In this document: positions 55,401 to 63,270 of the stretch, in pieces
How the letters are laid out: the number at the start of each line of letters is the position of its first letter
Numbering within the stretch: the stretch's first letter is position 1
Source of the DNA: Styela clava
Lineage: Eukaryota
Direction: 5' to 3'
Assembly: GCF_964204865.1 (NCBI RefSeq)
Contig: NC_135250.1
Location: 11,284,001 to 11,348,000 of the forward strand
Length of the DNA stretch: 64,000 nucleotides
The notes under the pieces: model-generated
The model's database searches: none
What the model was told of the DNA's origin: nothing
Seen by the model: the letters and a program-made list of their open reading frames with translations, nothing else
Position numbers and translations under genes: made by a program

Positions 55401-56080
55401 ACAAACTTACGTAAAGTGCTCGTACTTGAAGGTAGGCACAATATACAAACCTTCAAATAATGAAAATGAACAATGCCATCTCGGCGGTGTTTCGATCGGC
55501 ATGTAATTTTGAAACACGGGATGCAACTAGTTCGTTAACAACTTACATTTTGACAAACAGACGCGGCACTTCGTCTCTCCGTTTTCATTGTCTGCAAAGC
55601 AAACGTATTCTCCGTAATCGCCCTCACGGACACGGGACACTGTAAGGACGTACTCGTCTTTCTCCTGATCCTGGTATATAGTAATACGCCCATCTTCTTT
55701 CATTGGTTTACCCTAATCAGAAATTGGAAATAATTAATCATAAACCACGAATGTTATTGCCAAGCTGATGCAAAAACATCAGCGTTGGGTCTCAGAATTG
55801 CTTTCCTTCCAGATAAATAATTTTAGTGTTTTGCAAACCTGTTTCAGCCAGATAACCTGCGGTTTCGGACTTCCGGTGATACGACTGCTAAATTTGATTG
55901 TTCCTCCGAGTTTAGCGCTTCTTCCTCGGGGCTTCTCTACGAATTCTGGGGCAACTCCTGTTTGATCATATTAACATACAATTAGACAAATGACTACGTC
56001 AACTATACAATTTAGTAAAAGCTGACTTAGTTGTTGAAATAAAGTTAACCTTTAACTTCGGTAGATGAAGCTGGATCCAT
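1..56080 (-). CDS. ttn: Titin/connectin-like giant muscle protein (multi-exon; 3' part outside window)
   Basis: Nearly all minus-strand ORFs are Ig-I-set or Fn3 fragments (W..P..DGG..IT.Y.VEKR, Y.FRV.A.N..G, G.P.P.V.W.K, D.G.Y) bounded by GT/GC-AG sites that join in frame. The N2A module and the Ig-Fn2-Ig-Fn3 / Ig-Fn2-Ig-Fn3-Ig-Fn3 super-repeats are diagnostic of chordate titin. Confidence 0.95.
4500..8925 (-). CDS. ttn: Titin C-zone 11-domain super-repeat 3
   Basis: Ig(EEPAFDLDADLRRTL)-Fn2-Ig(YRPSVDSH)-Fn3-Ig(ILPRVEFD)-Fn3; boundaries approximate. Confidence 0.88.
8926..14405 (-). CDS. ttn: Titin C-zone 11-domain super-repeat 2
   Basis: Ig(ESPKFNLDEDF)-Fn2-Ig(IEPTFDLS)-Fn3-Ig(EPPNVALE)-Fn3; boundaries approximate. 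Confidence 0.88.
10241..10740 (-). mobile_element. Probable retroposon (SINE/LINE 3' end) remnant in the 917-nt intron 10143-11059
   Basis: GC/CpG-richer block inside an AT-rich intron. On the minus strand it ends in AATAAA followed by a short repeated tail (ACTACTGATA twice). The 5' limit is uncertain. Confidence 0.5.
14547..19635 (-). CDS. ttn: Titin C-zone 11-domain super-repeat 1
   Basis: Ig(EEPEIILDAKF)-Fn2-Ig(ECPVIKLP)-Fn3-Ig(VAPAIVLD)-Fn3; boundaries approximate. Confidence 0.88.
16301..16394 (-). other. GC-AG intron
   Basis: CTA G|GCAAGT...ACAG|TT joins KQEL to VAPAIVLD in phase 1. Confidence 0.8.
19636..38558 (-). CDS. ttn: Titin D-zone: six 7-domain super-repeats (Ig-Fn-Fn-Ig-Fn-Fn-Fn)
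   Basis: By manual exon joining, repeats begin at about 38558 (APTCTIL), 35716 (DLPHIDL), 32415 (EPPSICM), 29605 (EAPVANF), 26724 (DAPVIQP) and 23440 (EKPAIFL). Confidence 0.87.
19950..20294. mobile_element. Degenerate hAT-like MITE in a titin intron
   Basis: TIRs CAGGATTGTGCAACCT and AGGTTGCACACCCCTG (14/16 match); no clear TSD; accounts for most of an enlarged intron. Confidence 0.75.
23547..23702. repeat. 78-bp tandem duplication spanning an exon 3' end and its splice donor
   Basis: Copies at 23547-23624 and 23625-23702 differ at about 5 positions. Confidence 0.95.
35465..35543 (-). other. GC-AG intron
   Basis: AAA G|GCAAGT...ACAG|GT joins VNSEK to GSLLRI within an Ig domain. Confidence 0.8.
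38638..44186 (-). CDS. ttn: Titin I/A junction: Fn3x3-Ig-Fn3x2-Ig-Fn3x6
   Basis: The first Fn3 contains EKRDIKRKMW, close to ERRDIKRKTW as I recall it in the first Fn3 of vertebrate titin. Six consecutive Fn3 domains lie at ~41279-38638. Confidence 0.85.
43226..43356 (-). other. GC-AG intron
   Basis: ATC G|GCAAGT...ACAG|AT joins VEDAI to DVPSAP in phase 1. Confidence 0.8.
44266..53187 (-). CDS. ttn: Titin I-band tandem Ig segment (~21 Ig domains, distal-Ig type), no PEVK
   Basis: Repeated F.K.L.D..V.E...A.F.CE.S....V.W.K.G......K..I...G..R.L.I motifs; no Pro/Glu/Val/Lys-rich exon found. Confidence 0.88.
46130..46183. repeat. (A8-10T)n low-complexity intronic tract
   Basis: Read directly. 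Confidence 0.9.
51855..51935 (-). mobile_element. tRNA-derived SINE-like head in a titin intron
   Basis: T-arm/B-box CACAGG-TTCAAAT-CCTGTG (51887-51869) with a degenerate A-box-like GTTTACGAGTTTG upstream; no acceptor stem. Confidence 0.5.
53302..55016 (-). CDS. ttn: Titin N2A-like element: Ig80-like, UN2A helical insertion, Ig81-like
   Basis: Exons 55016-54900, 54739-54559, 54375-54274, 54199-54040, 53752-53550 and 53462-53302 encode FTAKVFGNPEPTVHWTKGKW..GLYRCVASNKHGEVDS..EIMELLREVDPKEYEKYARYY..LLSFMQRNLSVTEPV..PEIEVNWYKG. This matches the vertebrate N2A sequence as I recall it (WTKGKW; DIMELLKNVDPKEYEKYARMY; SFIQQRLSQTEPV). Confidence 0.9.
53785..54000. repeat. Intronic minisatellite, ~5-6 diverged copies of a ~30-40 bp unit
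   Basis: Repeated core GTGCACATAATAAATTCACATA. Confidence 0.85.
55370..55505 (-). mobile_element. tRNA-like T-arm / SINE-like structured element in a titin intron
   Basis: GTGGG-TTCGAAC-CCCAC (55402-55386) plus hairpins TTGAAGGT..ACCTTCAA and ATGCCG..TGGCAT; no complete cloverleaf. Confidence 0.45.
55547..55957 (-). CDS. ttn: N-terminal Ig-I-set domain of the titin-like gene (exons 55957-55839 and 55712-55547)
   Basis: VAPEFVEKPRGRSAKLGGTIKFSSRITGSPKPQVIWLKQ|GKPMKEDGRITIYQDQEKDEYVLTVSRVREGDYGEYVCFADNENGETKCRVCL; canonical splice sites; not listed in the ORF track. Confidence 0.88.
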
Positions 56081-56135
56081 TTCCTCTGAGCTTCTTCTAA
56101 AACTTTCTTAAAACTTTCTGAAAACTTTTTTAAAA
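56050..56135 (-). other. ttn: Putative first coding exon (5'UTR plus MDPASSTEVK)
   Basis: Acceptor TATTTTCAG at 56136, ATG at 56080 with an in-frame TAA 10 codons upstream, and a phase-1 donor at 56049 compatible with the next exon. Confidence 0.7.
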
Positions 56136-57111
56136 CTGAAAATACAATAAATACGGCGTTGGTAGTATTGTACCGTGAATTCTAGAGAACCAGCAATTTG
56201 ATTAGACGAACTTTATAGATGATTAACGCCACGTAACCATGGATTATTTAATAGTTATACATAACAAGAATACACAGAATTGTGACAATTATATAATACA
56301 CGTACCAGAATAACTAAAAATTCTTCAATGTTCTTGGCAACGTTATCTTGATCTTTGCTTGATCTGATTTCGTTTAATCGAACAGTAACTTTGAAAAAAT
56401 AAAATAGTTTGAATATCCTGAAATCACATGGGATGAATTAAAAGCCCACACGAACACGGCGCTATAGATGCATTTTATTTAAATCTACCATAAATGACCA
56501 CCTAAGTGAAATCCAAATACAGCGTTATGTGCCGTGGACGCGTATGTAAAATGGATGCAAAAATATCGTTATTCCCAAATACTTTTGCTGTCAGTAAAGA
56601 CATTCTCTGCTATTTAATGATCGATTGTATTTAATTATTCCCGAGAAGAAAGCTGTGGCCTCCATTTCAGCAATAAAGGCTGCAACAATATATTTATTTA
56701 TTCAATCTTTTTAATGCAAGTTCGGCACGAGATATTCTATTTATGCCGTTTAAATGTTGTTGGGCTTCATATTAGGTTTTGCAATGTCACAAGGTATCGT
56801 CAAATCGACAATGCTTCAAGACCGTATGACCGAAATATTCTAGGATCACGAAATTTTAATCAATCCCAAACGGCATCGTTCCAAGAGCAATTCCTATTAA
56901 AATTAGCGTAAATCTTATTTTGAATCGTGTATATATGCATGAACAAATATTCAAATGATTGCAAATATTACATGTTCAACGAGTTCGAGTATGAGTTTCC
57001 TAAACGAGATTAAATAATTTTTCGGTAATTTTTCGCCGAGTGAGGTCGTTTTTGTCACTAAAACCTCCTAGTTACGACCACATAACAAAATTCTTGAAAA
57101 TCTGTACTCAC

Positions 57112-57142
57112 CTGAAGAGAATATAAAAGGCTTTTTTGTGTG
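57112..57142 (-). other. Candidate non-coding 5' exon or (trans-)splice acceptor region of the titin gene
   Basis: Strong donor CAG|GTGAGT at 57111, preceded by a pyrimidine tract; upstream acceptor-like TTTTCATTTTTCATAACTTAATCATTTAG ending at 57143. Confidence 0.5.
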
Positions 57143-57590
57143 CTAAATGATTAAGTTATGAAAAATGAAAATTAAAGAATTAATATGCATAAAAAATGAA
57201 CAATCGAATAAAATTACAACTCCTCAACAGTCTCGTAAAACCTAAACAGCTATACAACGTAGATTAACCCTCTACCACACAGAGTGTACGAAACTCACTC
57301 GCTAAGCACCGTGTTAGGGTCACAGACTGAACTTAGCGATGTACATGAAAACCCAACTCGGCTACATAACGCTTTCTGGAATATTCCCTTTCGTCCTATC
57401 TATTTACTAATTTAAATGAAACCAGTTTAAAGTTTCATTACGATATTCCACAAACACGGCGAGCTGGCGTATACAACAAATGATACAAAAATCCAAGCCT
57501 CACTCTAATAAATCCTAGTCGTCCTTCATTATTGTCACCTCATAATTGTCAGCGACCTAGACAAGCGAAGCAGTGAAGTAAAATTGCAGA

Positions 57591-57600
57591 ACGTCAGCTG
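57591..57600. promoter_or_regulatory. Overlapping CRE half-site / E-box (ACGTCAGCTG) in the presumed titin promoter
   Basis: Motif read directly. CRE-like plus CAGCTG (MRF) sites are known components of ascidian muscle enhancers, but the motif is short and could be chance. Confidence 0.3.
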
Positions 57601-59841
57601 CTATTTCTATTGAAAGAAGAAAGGTGCCAAATAGTACCTCACTTTGAGCGATTTGATCAACAACGGCAACACATTGCGTAAACATAACCCATTTCACAAT
57701 ACCTACGTATTGAAATACGAATAACACCCAAGCTCGCAAACTGAATCCAAGACGTACGTACAAACTGTACCTGACCGACGATAAACGTCTTGCGTACATT
57801 TCCTAAATCGAAGCTTTCTGTCGATAAAAAGAACACAATAGTCATCTTTATAGTGAATCAATCTATGAACAAATCGAAATTCGCCATTGGCTTTCGAGGC
57901 AGATATTGTTGATATTGCTGCGATACTAGGAATATACTGGACTAAACAATATCGAATCATATACAGCCTCGTTAAAAGTACGCCAATACTATAGCTACAT
58001 TTATAAAATTCCCTTGGCTTCATTTCCATTGGCTACAAAGCTTAGATAATCCATACGTGTCAACTTACTGGGCTTGCTTCCAGATGAGTGCAATAAGTTG
58101 CATGCAGCTTTTTACTAAGTGTAATCATCTCTATTGCTGGACCAATTATTAGGGTTGGATACTTGAAAAACACCAATCAGTCTGAGAACGGACGTCAACG
58201 CTTCCCGACGTTGGGTTTCACGTTAGCGAGGAGCACTGGTGATGGCTGAGGCTATGTAATCGATAATGTTACGGAATCCGATAAACTGTACGAAACCACA
58301 TGCGAAAAGTGAAATTATATGCAGCTTATCCCCCTTTATCATAATTTTCAAAATTGATGGCATGTTGCAAACTTATAAAAATGACTTGATTGCAACGACT
58401 TATCGCCGATGGAATGGAGGTACAATTTACAAGCACCACCGGCACGTTTTGACCATCAGCAGCTGAACTAAAAACGCGTCGTGGTAACCAGTGACTCGGT
58501 TTAGTTAGCAAGACTGTTTCTGTTGTAACAGAAGTTTTCATACCGAGAAATGTGATAATTCGAATTTGATCCCAGTGCATATATATATAAGACTTTTTTA
58601 TATATGTGTACTCACTGTCTATATATGACAGCCCATTACGGAAGAGAATAATTTCTTCAGTAATGGAGACGAATAGCAAATTTGTGATTTTAAAAAAAAT
58701 CGATATCCTAGCTGTCTATTTTATCTGCTCCAAAACAGTTGGTACAATATTATTTTTCATTTACGTATAATGAGAGAAATATTTCAGCCATATTTGATAT
58801 ATATAGATATAAAATTGCACAAAACAGCCAAACAGGAATCAGCTAATCTTACTTTGGATTGAATTCGATGAATTTCCATGCTGTTTAGAGAATGCAATAA
58901 ATTATCGGCGTATTCAAAATGGCGTTTTCAAATAAATTTTGATGAAAATATTTTCTACGATTTTTTACAAGTATGGTTATGCAAGAAAAAATCGCTATGA
59001 TCACACTGGACAGGCACTTTTTCACCGCGTTGATAGAAAAAAATACTTGATGGCTTCTCATAGGAGCGTATTTTGCCCTTTTCCCATCTTTGGATGGGAC
59101 AACGAAACATGGAATTTAGGGACAAAGCGGTAAATTATCGAAGTCAACTTTATTTCTGTAAAACCACCATTATTGAAACCTTTTCTAATAAACCCTGAGT
59201 GAAGCCGCTGAAAGGTGTATGAGACGGAAGCTTTTGATTTCAATATTTTTAATTCTAATAGTTGATAGTTGTAAACAACGCAAGAGCACAAAAACGTGTT
59301 AATTTTTTTTTAAATGCTGTCTTATAGCAATCTCTCATTTCACTAAACCTTAACATAAAAAATCCTGCTTAACATGATGTGTAAATACTAATTTGCATAT
59401 AATCGGCGACTCATTTTACTCGGACCCCATCGCCCCAGACTGGGTGTATGGAGAAACACTCCTCAAGATTCCGTAATGTCACGTGCATTAATTATACTGA
59501 AGACTTCAAGAAGACTTGATAAAGAAGTATATTTTGAAATAAAAACATTAGCATGGCAATAAACCTTAATATCAAAACATCTGAGCAACAATCGATAAAA
59601 TAAACCTAGTATAGATATATATATATAAATTGGAAACAAAAATACTAAAAAATATTCGCTGGATTTTTATTCAGTTTTGCAAATTGGCATTACGGCTGTA
59701 TTTACTAGTTATCGTCTATGCACTACGGGAGGATAAACCAGGAAGTGAATTTTAATGATAATACCTATTTATACCATATTCAAAAAAGGTTACAAAAGGA
59801 ACTGAAAGTAAAAATGGCCAATGTATGATGACATGGACAAC

Positions 59842-60774
59842 CTACATAATGGTTTGTATTGCTTCATTACGTCTATCGTCGTTCGGAAAAACGTGTCTAG
59901 ATGTTGGGTTTTCAATTTTACAGCAAAGCAAACAAGCAAAAATTTTTTCTCTCCAGTCCACAAAGCAAAATATAAGACAGAACATATTTATAAGAGAATT
60001 GATGGATAAAAAATATACTGCAATCTCAGAAAAGACGAGTATTGCTGCTATGTCTGTTAAAACGGCAACAAATGTAGCTATGGCAGATCTTTTCAATAAT
60101 TTTATAAAATGATCAGGTGGTCTTTGATTCTGATGTAGATATTTCACGCTACGTTGGTGCCTGATTAAAGGAATTAGGAAAAGAACCAGCATGGCAATTT
60201 GATTTTCTAGCTGGGTGAATAATAGTACATGTGAAAGAAATTTCCAATTCTTCTCTATGTATGTCAAGCTTACGCAAAACCAAAACATTATAGCGGCAAA
60301 GCCGTATATTAATATAAAACAACCCTGACAGTAACTAAACACTTTAAAACATTTGGACGAAAGTCGTTTCAAAGTCGGCTCTGTAATGAACATTGCTTGG
60401 CGGAACCATAATGCTATGTAAATAATATTCAAGAAACATGTATGGAGAACCATTACGGCGTCACGTAAATTCGCATCGACTATTTCATAACATCTATACA
60501 TGTTCCCTTCTGCATTGAGCAAACAATACATATTCCACACTGTTAAGCACATATTCATGGAAATACCAAATATCCCAACGAGAATGAGAAGACTATTGAT
60601 ACAAAATGATAAATTTCCAGGCTTGATAATATCTTTTATGCTTTGGATATTCGTTTTATATATTCGTTTCTTGATAAAGATCGCTATTTGGCAGATGGTA
60701 AGCTGAATCATAATTGTCGTCGTCATCAAACTGAGGCAGACATCAACTGCGTATATGTAATCGTACCGCAGCAT
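59842..60774 (-). CDS. Intronless orphan 7-transmembrane (GPCR-like) protein, 310 aa
   Basis: Single ORF with seven hydrophobic segments, LWFRQ in the DRY position, a basic third cytoplasmic loop and CLLCCK in the C-tail; paralogue adjacent. Confidence 0.8.
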   Translation of the reverse strand: MLRYDYIYAVDVCLSLMTTTIMIQLTICQIAIFIKKRIYKTNIQSIKDIIKPGNLSFCINSLLILVGIFGISMNMCLTVWNMYCLLNAEGNMYRCYEIVDANLRDAVMVLHTCFLNIIYIALWFRQAMFITEPTLKRLSSKCFKVFSYCQGCFILIYGFAAIMFWFCVSLTYIEKNWKFLSHVLLFTQLENQIAMLVLFLIPLIRHQRSVKYLHQNQRPPDHFIKLLKRSAIATFVAVLTDIAAILVFSEIAVYFLSINSLINMFCLIFCFVDWREKIFACLLCCKIENPTSRHVFPNDDRRNEAIQTIM

Positions 60775-62482
60775 GTTTTTTCAAATTCTTCTCTTAGTTA
60801 TATATAAAACCTGCAACAAAATGCATAGAGAATCTAATCCTAATGTACAGAATTGTCAACACTTTTGGAAAAGCAATTGTTTATTTAGTTTGCGAAAAAA
60901 GATCATTTTTGTTTTGACAATATGCGTTTTCAAAAACGATCCGTCCAAGAACATTCCAACTAAACGATAACATGAAAATTTATCGAAATAGAATCAAATT
61001 CGATGCAATATTTTAGGAAATTTAACAACCAACGATCTGAAGTAATATATTTTTAATTAAGTGCATGAAACAGATTTTATGCACTGATTCTTTTTAAATG
61101 AGATACTGTGACTCGACGGCACTGCATTTGCCGTTTGTCTGCAAGAGTTCGATTTTCTGTAAGTTGTGTGAATCTTCTATGGCTATACAACAACTAAAGT
61201 CGATATCTATCACTATCTATAGGTAGGCCGTCTGGTCATGACAATTCGAACCACGTTTTCTTGTCTGTTACTTTACTTTCTGATTTTAAGTGATTTTCTC
61301 AAGTTTCACGGAGAAATCTCTCGAGAAATTTATTCTAAAAATTTCGGCATTGCTCGTTTTTATTTCAAAGTATTTTCACCGAGAGAAGTTGAACTTGCTT
61401 TCATGGTACCAGACTGCTAATCGCACAGAAGGCCATACTCATCCGTACGTTTAGACCGCCTGGTTGACTTTCCAATCTATCGGGAGAGGTAAACTAAGTA
61501 AATTTTCGCGCATCTAACTATTTTAGCGCAGAGGAATTCCGACAAAACACGCAACTCATTGTTACGATTCCAACTAAATCTGAGTAATGTCGTTGTGTAA
61601 TGAACAGCGCACATTACTTCCTTATTCGTTTTCCTAATACTGTGATGTTCAAATTTACTAAGTAATGATGCATCTGGATGAAAAACCAAATCCATGTTGA
61701 TTCAATTTACGAAGAACAGGTTTTCATGTTATAAAATAAACGTCCATCCCCGTAATCATGCATTATGTTGGAGTTAGCGCCTTCCTGAAATTCAAACTAT
61801 AACTATGGTGGAAATCTACGTCAACTCGATGTAAATGAATCGGTTTACTGCCTCATATCAACATTGACACTATATGTTTTTTTTTTACAAAATTGTTTAT
61901 TTGCTCATTCTGACTCAGATTTACTGGGGACATTATGATATCAAACAATCAAATCGTTTTGCTGTAGGAAAAGCACAGTGAAACGAAAGCAAGGGATGAT
62001 TAAATATTTCTTTATATATATATATATTATATTCACGCTTTTGCCCGAAATGGACAAGATACCCCGGAAATGACCATTTGATCTACTTGTGAAACCGTGA
62101 AATAGCTGGATGAATATTATTAGGAATACAAAATTTCCACAACGCAAATGTTTGAGCAAGAACTACGTCAAGAGAGAATTCAGGGGAAAAATTGGACAGT
62201 ACATGTTAAATTAGGATACATAATAGTAGTATGGAATCGTAGAATATCAAAAAAGTACCAGTACTCATACTGATATCCTAAATTGCAATCCTCTGCACGT
62301 GTTCATTCACCACGAGCGGCTAAATTTGGATACATCGTGATGCGCGAATAAGATATTTCAAGAAGACTTGATAGGAAAGTATATTTTGAAATATAAATAT
62401 TTGTATAACAATGAACTTGACTGCTCAGTACTATCGAAACATCTGAGCAAGTAACAACCAATAGAATATGCATAGTATATAT

Positions 62483-62800
62483 CAGGGCTACTCAACTAGC
62501 GGACCGCGGTCCAAATCCGGACCTTTCGACCATTTAATTTGGACCGCGTCTGCTTATATATTTTGGCAATATAAGTAACGTTATAAAGTTTTAGATGACT
62601 TTGATACGATTTAAATACGCAGCTACCGATGTGCAACATTTGTGTCCATATTTGTGAGCCATTCATTGCTCTTGTATTTAATTTAATATTGCATTTGAAG
62701 TCTCGTTTATTCAAAGAAATAAATTTTCTGTAATGTCCGGACCCCAGTAATTTTGAAGTTTTTTAAACGGACCTTTGGTGAAAATAGTTGAGTAGCCCTG
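62483..62800. mobile_element. hAT-superfamily MITE (318 bp)
   Basis: Perfect 16-bp TIR CAGGGCTACTCAACTA/TAGTTGAGTAGCCCTG, perfect 8-bp TSD GTATATAT (62475-62482, 62801-62808), subterminal GGACC repeats, no transposase ORF. Confidence 0.95.
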
Positions 62801-63270
62801 GTATATATAACAAAAATTGAAAACAAAATACTGAAAAACAATTGTTCGATTTTTATTCAGTTCTAAAAATTGTCTTCAAGACTATTTTACTCAACTAAAA
62901 GTAGATTTAGTTGTGAACATAAACCTAAAATTTTATAAATTTACACGAAACTTTTATTGAGTTTCTATATACACTCTTATGGATATGTTTTCTTTTCCAT
63001 ATAGAATATATAATATAAAAAAAGGTTTGCGAATGCAAAGAAATTTTGTCTCCTAATTTAATACAAAAGGACTAAATATCAACCAATTCTACTTAGAGGC
63101 TTTGGTGAACTGGAGGATAAACCATGAAATGAACTCTCAAGATAATCCTTATATATGCAATATTTATAAAAGGTGTAGGCACTTAAATTACAATAGCCAA
63201 TAAAATTTAAAAAAAAAAACAATGTGTAAGGTATGGAAGTTGCAATTCGATGCATGGTGACTTGGATAAC

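Noticed and set aside
55375-55460. Bona fide tRNA gene
   Set aside because: Only the T-arm is present; there is no matching acceptor stem or D-arm.
54-55965. Numerous plus-strand and alternative-frame ORFs of 60-127 aa
   Set aside because: Antisense or off-frame shadows of titin exons running into introns; no recognisable domains.
1-56080. Twitchin/projectin, obscurin or many separate small genes
   Set aside because: The 7- and 11-domain super-repeats and the N2A module are titin-specific, and the exons join into one continuous frame.
1-56080. Pseudogene interpretation
   Set aside because: The stops I checked fall in introns; no frameshift was found during manual splicing.
56714-59291. Short ORFs between titin and the 7TM genes (e.g. 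57703-58029, 58326-58679)
   Set aside because: No Ig/Fn3 or other motifs and no convincing exon structure; likely non-coding.
60775-62480. Short ORFs between the two 7TM paralogues
   Set aside because: Random-looking composition, no similarity to neighbouring genes.
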